A stretch of DNA of 64,000 bases from Camelus ferus. Taxonomy: Eukaryota. Position 1 is the stretch's first letter. Each line of letters begins with the position of its first letter. This document shows positions 11,792 through 21,560 of this stretch, piece after piece. The position numbers and the translations under genes were made by a program. The notes under the pieces are model-generated. The model worked only from the letters and a program-made list of their open reading frames with translations, was not told where the DNA came from and did not search any database. Where the stretch lies: positions 10,914,001 to 10,978,000 of the forward strand of contig NC_045697.1 in assembly GCF_009834535.1 (NCBI RefSeq). Direction: 5' to 3'.

Positions 11792-11972
11792 CAGAGCCTG
11801 TATGGTGACCTCTAGCCACATGTCGCTATTTAATTCAATTAGAATTAAAATTTTAAGCTGGGTTCCTCAGTGGCACTGGCCTCATTTAGATGCTGACTTG
11901 CCGCATCTGTATTGGACTGCGCAGATATAGAAGATTGCCGTCATCCCAGAAAGTTCCGTTGGATGGCCCCGA
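11792..11972 (-). mobile_element. MER3 hAT-Charlie MITE
   Basis: ctagccacatgtcgctatttaa...gtattggactgcgcagatatagaa.att.ccgtcatc.cagaaagttc..ttgga is antisense MER3. Confidence 0.8.
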
Positions 11973-12189
11973 TCTGCATGGCCTTGCCCTGACCACCTCA
12001 CAGCATCACCTTGGGACACCTTCTTTCATTTCAGTCCATCTTTTCTCCAATGCACCTAACTCTTCCACGATCATTCATACTTCGCCCCTCTTTACCTCTG
12101 TAACTCATCAGGTGTCAAAGTACATACCACCTCTTTCAAGATTTCATCCACGAGCCCCACCTCCAATCTAAACTTGATCCCTCTCAGTC

Positions 12190-12372
12190 CCTCTCATAGC
12201 AGCTTGTCTTTTCTTTCATAGCACTCAGATTTATGTAGGTTTTTAGGTGTTTTCATGGGTAATGCCTAACTTTCCCTTTAAGCTGTAGGCTCATGAGAGC
12301 AGCCATGTGTCAATACTTTAACCCCAGTGTCCAACACATAGGAGATGCTCAGTAAATGCTTGTTGAATGAAT
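12190..12372 (+). mobile_element. L2 3' end
   Basis: ctgtaggctcatgagagcag...acacataggagatgctcagtaaatgcttgttgaatgaat. Confidence 0.7.
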
Positions 12373-12589
12373 TCATGATGCAACGAGTTCGCGCATGCTA
12401 TTTCCATGTGGCATCTTCTTCCTCTCCTTACCCTGTAGAGGGTCACCTTCGGATTCCTCTGGGGTTCGCTCTTCCAAGCCAGGCCACTGGGGCCTCGTGC
12501 TGTGCATGTCTGTGCCATACCCACCCCAGTGGGATGCATGGTTTCCCTGGGAAGCGGGAGCTCAATTGGCAGAGTGAACTAAACTTTCT

Positions 12590-13065
12590 CGTCCATGGTC
12601 TACTGCTTGTTTATTTCTCATAATAATAATTGGCAGGGTAAAATATTTTAATTCTCCTATAGCTACGTAATTAATATGTCTACATTAGAAATCAATTATC
12701 CTTGATAATTACCACGGGTGCTCCGGCTCGTAAGCTGAACACTAGTCTCGCTAACGAACTGAATGAGACATAATTTCTTGTTGTTCAAAGAGACGATCAA
12801 CTCTAATCAGCAGTAAATTCAATCAAAACTTACTGACATCAATTGAGATCATATTAGAGTTTGTAAAAATAGGATCATTACGCTCATCTTGTAAGTTGCA
12901 GGCATTGTAACAACTCTGAAACGGGGGCCTATTTGAATGCACACTTATGTCGGCGGGCTCCGTGCTAGCAGATGTGGAAACATATAATCTGCATAAATAA
13001 ATTAGGAGTCTTTTTTTCCCTTCATAGCTCTTTAGTTTTGTGGATTCAATTAATTTGATTTATTT
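12590..13065. promoter_or_regulatory. Candidate conserved non-coding element / developmental enhancer
   Basis: Repeat-free, AT-rich but CpG-retaining; many TAAT/ATTA homeodomain cores, TTCAAAG 12784-12790 (TCF/LEF), TGATTTAT 13056-13063 (PBX-HOX). Confidence 0.45.
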
Positions 13066-13202
13066 TTTCAACTTTATTGAGCTCAGAATAGCAGGCCAAT
13101 CAAGTGCGAGTAGTGGGGTACTGAGGCAGGACAGCCCAGGGGACATAGTTCTCGGTGTTACTTCTTTTTTTTTAATCTCCCTTTATTCTTTAAAGGGAAA
13201 TT

Positions 13203-13785
13203 TAATAGTGGTTAAGATGATGGATGCCACAGCTAGGCTGGCTGGGTCCCAGCTCCACATTCAGAGACTGTGTCTCGGCCACAGGTAGGGGTCGTGGGGG
13301 TGCTCTGTCCTCAGCCCCTTGAGTCCCTTCACAGGAGGTGCCCTGTGATGGCCCTGAGCCAATGACTGAGGGACACAGGCGTGCACAGGTCCGGCTCTCT
13401 TGTCTTGGGCTGGCACAAGTCTGAGATCGCTTGCACTCCAGGGTGTATGTGCAAGTTCAGGCAGATGCTGCTCCCCAGACTTCGCTGGATTTCTTAACTT
13501 TTGTTCGTCTTCCTCTCCTGCCCGTCCTATTTCCCCGCCCTGTCCCAGCTCTCTGAAAGGCCCCCTTCCGCAATCACTCGCACTGAATCCTCTCTGGCAA
13601 CGTCTCTTGCTGGGGAGCCTGACTGAAGACAGTGAGTCCCTTCAGTGTCCGAGCTTCACTTTCCTCTCTGGTCTGGAGATGATAACAGGACTTTGCTCAC
13701 GGGCTGGTGTGAGGTCATTTCATGGGAAGAACATAGGGCTGTGTCTGGCAGGCCCTACATGGAAGTTAGATATTAGCAGTATTCT
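13203..13785 (+). mobile_element. MIR split by LTR16 (pieces ~13203-13268 and ~13632-13785)
   Basis: 5' piece atagtggttaagatg...ggtcccagctccac; 3' piece cttcactttcctctctg...gataacagga...ggtgtgaggtcattt. Confidence 0.55.
13269..13631 (+). mobile_element. ERVL LTR16-like solo LTR
   Basis: gagccaatgactga, caatcactcgcactgaatcc..tct...tgctggggagcctgactgaagaCA terminus. Confidence 0.7.
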
Positions 13786-13849
13786 GATGTTTCTGAAACA
13801 AAAATAGTGCCCTAAGACAATGTAGGATTTCCTGATGAGATCTGAGGGG

Positions 13850-14068
13850 ACAGGCTCGTGTTTAAATTTTGATCTTGCTGTTGACTGTGAGTCCTTGAAA
13901 AGACTTCCCTTAACTTCTCTGGATCTCCATTTCCCGAGCCGCGACACCGTGGGCATACATGTGATATGTACACCTGATTCGGAAGTTGTGAGGATTTAAA
14001 GAGAGAACATTGGTTCTGTTAACTGTGGCGTGCCTGGCTGAGTAAGTGCTTAATAAATGGCAGTTTCC
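13850..14068 (+). mobile_element. MIR SINE
   Basis: gttgtgaggatttaaagag...gtgcctggctgagtaagtgcttaataaatggcag MIR 3' end. Confidence 0.65.
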
Positions 14069-14454
14069 ATGAATATACTCATTGTTGTCAACATGCCATG
14101 CAGACCAGCTCTCATGAGATTCAATTCAACTACCATTTATTAACAGCAATAATGGCTGGGAACCTTCACTGGCATCCTCATTGACTGTGATCCGCGTCGT
14201 GACCCTGTGAGTATTATCAGTGTGATGGGCATCACTGTGCCAATTTGGCAGATGGAGCAACCAGTACTCATTGTGAGTTAGTGATTCAGGAAAATTAAAT
14301 GATTGATGTGAGGCAAAAATAGAACAAATGATCCACATTTCTGCTCTGTGTCCACTGTACTATGCCGTCCTGTGTTTGAAAGAACTGGGAGAGTTAATTG
14401 CAGAAGAGGGTGTGAGGACAGAGAAGCTGTTCCCAAATGTTTGATGGAGAGAGG

Positions 14455-14605
14455 TGATGTGGCTTAGTGCTGATGACTAGGCTGTGGGGCCAGGTGATCT
14501 GTGTTTGAATCCAGCTCCATCACTTACTGAGTGACAGGTCAGGTCTCTGTGTCCTCATCTGTAAAATGGGTTGTTGGGAGTATTAAATGGATGAACGTGT
14601 CTGAA
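14455..14605 (+). mobile_element. MIR SINE; 3' remainder at ~14895-14950 after MER96B
   Basis: tttgaatccagctccatcacttact...cctcatctgtaaaatggg..gttgggagtattaaatg. Confidence 0.7.
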
Positions 14606-14606
14606 T

Positions 14607-14891
14607 TAGGGTCAACTTGGCCATTAGACATTATAGGCACCTGCCCGGGAGCCACAATGCTAAATTTTAGGGGCCCAGAAGAATATTTTTATTTCTTGTA
14701 AAACTAGAGGGGAAAAAATGAATTTTTAGGTGGAAGTAAGAATTTAATACATGATATTGATATATTCATGTTTATACTGATGCAGTCATAAAATGTAATT
14801 TTATATTATTATTACTATTATTATTTTTTATGAAGGAAGGGGCCTGTGAAGGCAAAGTATATAGTATTCTTGGGAGTTAGAATGCAGCCTC
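14607..14891 (+). mobile_element. MER96B hAT DNA transposon
   Basis: ccattagaca..ataggcac...ttttaggggcccagaa...tttttaggtggaag...tttatgaaggaaggggcc..tgaaggcaaagt...aatgcagcc follows the MER96B consensus along its length. Confidence 0.8.
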
Positions 14892-15497
14892 CTTAGGGAG
14901 TGTTTAGGCCAGAGCCTGGAATCATCCAGGGTCTGTATTAAGCATTTCCCACGTCTAGGGGGCTCTGCAGAGTCAACTCAGAGCCACTGGGATTACCGGA
15001 GGTTCAACACAGCCACACATTCTCCCCTCTTTTCCTCTTTCCACAAGAATCTTTCTGCTTTATACACAACAAGATACAGGATGTGTCATTGACCAGACCA
15101 TCTCTTAGGAAGGATGTCAGGAAAGTTCATGGGTTAGAAAGGCAGTTCTCAAAGTGGGGCTGAACATGGGTGGGGCTGTTTTGGCTAAAATCATGAAGAC
15201 CTCCACTGTGACTCAGGAGTCTGTGGGGAGGTGGGACAAAGAAATGGTAGAAAAAGCTGGTGGTTGGACCCAGTGGGATGGCAAATGCCGTGTTCTGTGG
15301 ATGTGACCTCCGGCCACGACCACCCCGCCCAGGTCTTCAGTAAAACCACAGAACTTACCTTCTCCAGCTCCACCCCTGGGTGGGGCCACTCCGACACACT
15401 CAAGGCCAAAGGCACAACAGGGTCATGATGCGAAGGAGTGGAGCTTGGACCATAGAGATGACATTACAAATTCTTTAGTCCGTGGAATGCACTTGAC

Positions 15498-15650
15498 TGT
15501 CTTGTTACTCAAAGTGGGTCTAGTGGCATCAGAGTTACTAGGACACCATCGCAGGTGCAGAATCTTGCACCTGTCACCCCCCCCCCCCGGCCTGCTGCGC
15601 GTCAATGGGGCAGGTGCCCCGTATGAACAGTCTAGTTTGAGAAGCTCTGT
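15498..15650. mobile_element. MER5-family MITE (degraded)
   Basis: ttactcaaagtgggtct...tgcagaatct...agtttgagaagctctg termini. Confidence 0.5.
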
Positions 15651-15807
15651 TCTCTTTCATAGGCCTCTTGGCCCCAGATGTACAGTGACTTGGGACCACC
15701 CACTGGAGAGAGGTTTCTGCCCCCTCTCCTTCTGAGAGAAAGGAGCAGAAAAGGAAAAGAGGAAGGAGACCAACTTCTTGACTTGAACCCCCACTTTTGC
15801 TTTAAGT

Positions 15808-15942
15808 CAGTGTTTCAGCCTTGATCAAAATCATTTGAAGTCTAATTAAACCAGAAAGTCTAGGAGTGGGAATAGGGGCCAGTATGTTTTAATAAAGTTT
15901 ATCCACGAGATTCTACCGTGAGGCCAGATTTGAAAACAACTA
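15808..15942. mobile_element. MER5B-like MITE (degraded)
   Basis: cagtgtttcagcctt...cagtatgtttt...gattct...gccagatttgaaaacaact. Confidence 0.45.
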
Positions 15943-16147
15943 ATCCAAGCCCTAAGCTAAAGGGGTCAAGGTCAAGGAATTTCAGTGTTCACTGCAGGTT
16001 CTTCAGCCCCCAGTGGAGACTCCCCTTACGGGGCGTTAGGACCAGATCTCTGGCTACAACGGAGGAATGATTTTGCCTGAAGTATCCTCTCTACATAGAT
16101 AGTGGCCACCACAGTAGGTGGCTGGTGGAGGGGAGGGACCATGGCTG

Positions 16148-16766
16148 TGAGACAGGAGGGAAAGGGGCAGGGTGTAACCATTAAAAGAATGACACAGCAA
16201 TTAACACCAAGATGGTGGAAGACTGAACTCCCAGTAGACCTTGAACTTCAATATACGCTCATCGTAATATAATAGCTTGCTAAATGGCGCTCCCACAGGT
16301 GCCATGACAGTTTCAAGGCTGACCATAAAAGGTCAAAATGTGTGTGATGACCCACTTCCTGGGAACCCCAGCCCCTTCCCCAACTGGTTGGAATAATTCT
16401 CCCACTTGTTAGCACATGAAGGTAAAGCCCATAAAAACTAACGACGCCACACCCAGTGGCTGATCTCATTTTCCTTGCCAGCCCCATACTCTGAGGCCGC
16501 TGCTCTCCCCTCTGAGTGAGGTGGCCCACGTTCTGTCTATGGAACGTGTACATCCTAGGCTGGTTCTTCTCTTGCCTTTTGAGATGGCCCACTGTCTATG
16601 GAGTGTGCACCTCTCTGTATAAACCTACCTTTGCTCAAGTGTGGCTCACCCTTGAATTCTTTCCTGTGCGAAGCCAGTGACCCTCACTTGGTGTGGTGTG
16701 TCCCAGGAACTTAACTGAGACCCGGGACACAGCCATCTTCTCGCATTCGATGTTCTTCCTGTATCA
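16148..16766 (+). mobile_element. Full-length MER41-like ERV1 solo LTR (619 bp)
   Basis: TG...CA termini flanked by exact 4-bp TSD GCTG (16144-16147 and 16767-16770); MER41-type blocks gctaaatggcgctcccacaggtgccatgacagttt, ttcctgggaa..cagccccttcc...gaataattctcccacttgttagca, ttgaattctttcctgtgcgaagcca.tgaccctc. Confidence 0.85.
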
Positions 16767-17184
16767 GCTGTTTTTCTGTCTTTGAGGACCACTTGCTCTG
16801 GGGCTGGTTCTGCTCTCATCTTTTATGGGATAAAAGCAGCAGGAAGAATGTGGAGCCAGTGGAGGGAAGACATCTGAGTGGGAAGTGTCGTGATGCTTTT
16901 AGTATCTGGGCAAAGTGAAGATTTCCTATGGAGGCCGGGAGGCAGGGCAGGACTAGATAGATGTCCGTGTCAGTGGCAAGTGAGCCTCTGTGAATATAAT
17001 TCCTGGATCTGTTTCAATATCAAGCTTTCTGTTTTGTGGATGAAAAGAAAAAAAAAAATAAAACCAAGCTATGAGATGGGGTTTTAGGACCCATGCAACA
17101 AGTATCCGTTACTCTATAATTTTTGAAGCGGACAAAATGTCACACTTCTCAATTTGTGCAAACTGAATCAGCTCTGGCTCAGAG

Positions 17185-17310
17185 TCGCTGCACACCAAGG
17201 CCCGTGAGAAGCCGTGTAAGAGCCGCTGGACGGGGCTCGTGCTGGGTGTCGTGCGCACTGGAGCGCTGCGGGGCGGGAGGGCTTTAAGGCACCAGCCCGT
17301 CTGCTCACGC
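17185..17310. promoter_or_regulatory. Small CpG-dense patch with GC box
   Basis: About 13 CpG in ~125 bp; GGGGCGGG 17270-17277; TGCRCNC motifs at 17189-17195 and 17252-17258. Confidence 0.35.
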
Positions 17311-17707
17311 TCCTTCTGCTTCATGAGGCAGGGCTTGGGTAGGAAGCTGCTCCTTCCATGTCGTTTGGGGCATCTGTTCCCGGTGGACCTCCAGTACGCC
17401 TCAACTCGGACAACGCCATGCTTTGGGGACCCTCCTTTGGTCCCCTGGAGTCACTGTTCATGGTGTCTGGACTCCCCGTATGAGCCACCTCACGCCCCCA
17501 ATCCTGCTGGTTCTGGAGTCATGTCTGAGCGTGGACCCCAGCCTCCACCCCTGGTGCATCCTCACACCCCGTGTCCTCCCCTGTCCTGGGCACTCCAGGT
17601 CCCCAGTAATGAGACGCCGCTCCTCCCTTTCCCCTCAGAGCACAAAAGCCTTGGCCCAGAATGGTGGCCACCAGCCCCACGTGGCTGCTCTACTGGGCCC
17701 CTGAGAT

Positions 17708-17953
17708 GCAGGCAGTCCAAACTGCGACGTGCAATCTCTAAGTGTAAGACAGACACCATATTTTGAAGGCTTGGTATCAAAGAACTGTAAACTATACCAA
17801 TAATAATTTTAATGTTGGTCCCATGATGAAATAATATTTTAGATATATGGGGCTAAGTAAACAATTTTACCAGTTTCTTTTTACTCTTTAAAATGTTTAT
17901 GAGAAAAGTTAAAATTCCTACATGGCCCACATTATTCCTAGTGGACGGTGCTG
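17708..17953 (-). mobile_element. MER33 hAT-Charlie MITE
   Basis: taagtgtaagacagacacc..attttgaaggcttggtat...gatgaaataatattttagatatatgggg.taagtaaa...aaaattcctacatggc.cacatt...tggacggtgctg is antisense MER33. Confidence 0.8.
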
Positions 17954-19424
17954 CTCCTTTCCCTTCTTCTTAGAACCAAAAGCCAGGCCTCAAGCACAAG
18001 TGGGCTGTTAACTCGGCCAGCCCACCCTTGTTCCTGCCCTGCCTTTCCCGGGAAGCCCAGTGCTTCATACACAGGCACCTGCTGCCCTGGCCTCCTGCGA
18101 GGGGTGGAGGAGGAGGATGGAGATCCTTTCATCTTTTTTTCTCCCATGTCAGGAAGGGAAAAGGGTTACTAACTCGTGAGCAAATGTCTTGGCCTCTTTG
18201 ATTCTTAATCTTCTCTCTCATTTTACAGATGAGGCGGCTGCAGCCCAGAGAGGGCAAACGACCTACCTCAAGCCACACAGTATGTTACAGGAGGGCAGAA
18301 GCTCCAGGGCCCCTGTGCACACCAGTGTCTGTGGCCACCTCCCAAACGCAAGAGAAAGCAGCAGGCAGAGTTGGAGAGGAAACGGGGTGCCCCCTGGAAG
18401 GAGGGGGAACCACATGCCCTGACTTTTGAAGATGCTTCTGGAGTGACTGCGTTGATGGCCAGTGACGACCTTTCCCTTTCCCCATCTTGATTCTTCTGAT
18501 TTACATTTTTGCTGGTCTCAACTTTCAATTCTTATTTCTATAGAAATGATTTTAGTCCTATTTTCTTATTTATTACTATTTTTGCTGCCGTTTGTTTTAA
18601 ATCCCTTGTGAAATGAGGCAGGGTGCAAACAACCAAATAAAACACAAATCACAGTGATTCCTGTGTTGTCCTCTTTAGTGTTGCCTCATGGAGGGTCTCC
18701 CCGGGGAGAAGGCGGAGGCAGGGACTCCGTCGCTCACACAGCACCCAGCGGCGTATGGCCAGGGGGCTTGTGGGAGGATGGATGCATTTCACTTAACAAA
18801 ATACAGACCAGCCTCCAGGTGAAAGGTCGTGAGAGAGCCCTTGGTAGATCTGGAGGGATGTTGAAAGACACAGGATCAGGTTCAAGTCCTGGCAAGATCC
18901 CGTTACAGCTTCGGTTTCCTCCCCACTTTCCCACTCCTCAGGGGCTCACTGTGCTTTTCTGCATGAGAAATTCTAGGAGAAAAGGATTGTATTTCTCGGT
19001 GGAGTTTCATGAAGACTTGGGTCTAACTTTACCCTTGTCCTTATCTGCAAGCAACAATAAAGGTTTTGCAGGCAGACCAGGATACCTTTTTAGACTGTAA
19101 TAAAAATCCTTGAACATTCCAGCTTGCTTTGTGACGTCCTCAACATCACCACAGCACCGGAGCTGGAGGAAGAGTCCTGGAGCCCAGGACTTCATTGCTT
19201 ACGGTTGCTGGAGGAGCGAAGCTGATACGCTTCTGATATGAAGAGTCTGATCACAGAGAGCTCATTTCCACTGTATCAGCGCTTCCTTTAAAGAGCACAT
19301 CTTTAAACAGAATTTTTTAGGAAGAATGGATTAGATGGGTACTCCCTGGAAGGCAGATGAATTACTTTTATATGGGGACTCGGTTATTTCACCTTTTAGA
19401 AGGCCATAGCATCATGGTCACATG

Positions 19425-19650
19425 CGCCGTGTTTTCTGAGTGCCTGTTTTTTGTGCCGGGCACTGTGCTAGGCTATTGACATCCTTTATCTAATTGAGTC
19501 TTCATTGTACTCTGTGGATTCTGTGTTATTGTTCTCATTTTACAGATAAAGAAACTGAGGCTCAGGGAGGTGATGACTTCACTGTGGTCTCATGGCTAGA
19601 GGCGGGAGTGTAGGGTTCCAGACAAGGTCCGTCCATCTTCAAAGCCAGAT
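19425..19650 (-). mobile_element. MIR SINE
   Basis: tgtgccgggcactgtgctagg...ctcattttacagataaagaaactgaggctcagggaggtga. Confidence 0.8.
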
Positions 19651-21059
19651 TAGGACAAGGGAGTAGGGCCAGATACATGCTGATTCCTCTTCCAGTTCTG
19701 AAACCAGCACTGCTGATTCTAATATGATTTACAGAATCAAACCTGATGGACCACATTCCATTGACACACTCGCGCCTCAAAGTTCTCCATATTGTCATCA
19801 AATGGGCACACTTTTGCTAAAAACAGGCAGAGAGAACCAGAGAATGCATGAGAGACCAGAGAAGGCTGACTCCTGAGCTGCCTTCCCCAAGGGTGGAAAG
19901 TAGACAAATGTCCAGGGAAACACTAAGCTCCCCAAAGCCAATCACTAGTCCAGGTGGCCCTCATGGGACCGTGAGCCACCCTGCGGGATCTGTTGTCCCC
20001 AAACAGCTCCCCTCCCCCCAAATTACCTTTCAGTGCTGTAACCTGATCCCAAGGCTTTTTTACCTGGTAATCTCAGCCTTCAAGAACCAGCTCGGTCGTG
20101 CTTTCTTCTAGGATGTCTTTTTTGTCTCACTCTCTTTACCACCCTGGGAAGACTTCCTCATCCCAGTGCTGAGCTTCCGTAGCCTGCTCTTAATTTCTGG
20201 GCCCACCATGGACACACCCAGCAGAGCAATTTGCAGTTGTCAGGAAGCTCTTGCTCGAGGATTCAGAGCATCTATGGAAGGTCTGCATCTTCTGCCAAAT
20301 GTGAGGGTCACTGGAAAAGCAGATAAACAAGCGACTTGCTTTCTTTCTCAATCCCCTTCTGCACGATGAGATGGGGCACTGTATTTCAAAATAACCAGTC
20401 TTATCTAAATTCAGAAAATGAAAGGTAAGTGTTACTTTGCTAATGATGTGAACCCGAGTTTAACAGCGTGGTGAATGGTATAGAGCGTGGGTGTCGGGCT
20501 AAGAGGAGAGGCCAAGGCTCTGAGACTGGGAGCTAAAGAGGGTGCAAGCAAAACCCCAAGTGACAGATAAGCGAGGTGCAAGGGAAACCCCAGTGGGGAT
20601 CAGGCAACCACCCTACCACCCCACCCCCCCTTTTGGAAGAGTTCTTGCTGCCTTCTGAGTTGCTGGCATTTTGTGTGGTAGAGATGGAAAGCCAGCTAGA
20701 AAGAAAGATGTTTGAGAGGAGGGAGGGAATGAAGTGAAGAAAAGGGCTATGGAGGCTACAGAGAGCTGACCTTCAGGGTTTTAGACACAGATACAGGTGA
20801 AGTAGGGTAGGAGACACATGGAGAGGAGACAAAAGGGGGAAAAATACTGAAAGAAGCATGGGAAAAGACTGTGAACTTGATCATCTTTAAAGTTCTGTAA
20901 GAGCTGCACAGTTCCAAGTTAGCCTCGTTGCTTTTGCCGCCAGAAGGTGTTCACGTGTGACACCGAGACTAGGTGCACTGTGAGGGGTCACGGGTCTGTC
21001 TGTCACAGAAGGCGAAAGATGGTCCGTGAGTGTGAAGGAGGAGACGGCTGCCCTGGGGC

Positions 21060-21560
21060 TGAGGAGCGAGGCAGGATGAGGAAGCCCTAGGAACAGAGAA
21101 GCCAAGGGGTGGAGCCTGCCGCCGCCGCCAGCTTTTTGGGTTGGAGTGGGTCTTTTATGTACGGCTTGCTGGCTTGCTGAGATGAGATGTCAGCCAGCCG
21201 GGCCAGACCTCTCACCAGACTGGGAAGAGTGTAATATTTTGTGGGGCACTGGCCTTCAGGGAAGCAAGGATTGTGTCTGATATGATAGGTTTGGATGTGT
21301 AAGCCTTGCCTGGGGTCACTTTTGGAAGTCGGGGATGGAGAGGACAGGGTTGCCATACACAACAGTGCAAATCTAAGTGTGGGAAGGGGGAGGGTGAGAG
21401 GGGAAAAAAGCAGGAGAGAAGTCAGTGGGCCGCCTGGCAGGGGCGTGGAGAGCAGTGACAATTCTATGACGCTGAGACGGCCAAAGGATATTTACAAAAG
21501 AAAATTGTTCTAACGTTCACTTTAAAATTGTTTGTTTTTCCATGATGCAAACACATTCCC
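21060..21560. promoter_or_regulatory. Candidate regulatory region (weak promoter/enhancer-like)
   Basis: (GCC)4 at 21118-21129, GGGGCGTGG 21440-21448, TGACG 21467-21471, TATTTAC 21489-21495, TGATGCAA 21543-21550, CATTCC 21554-21559 in unique DNA. Confidence 0.3.

Noticed and set aside
16111..16122. CTCF site ACAGTAGGTGGC
   Set aside because: Mismatch at a core C and a poor 3' flank; too weak to call
17239..17766. Longest ORF in the track (175 aa)
   Set aside because: Non-ATG start, Pro/Arg/Leu-rich composition typical of GC-rich non-coding DNA, ends inside MER33, no recognisable domain
19211..19288. Inverted repeat gctgatac...gtatcagc as a pre-miRNA or SECIS-like hairpin
   Set aside because: Only 8 bp of perfect stem with a poorly paired 44-nt interior; no convincing SECIS geometry
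20370..20430. Exon ending at a perfect AAG|GTAAGT donor
   Set aside because: No convincing paired acceptor (a GAG-type AG or a 10-nt exon)
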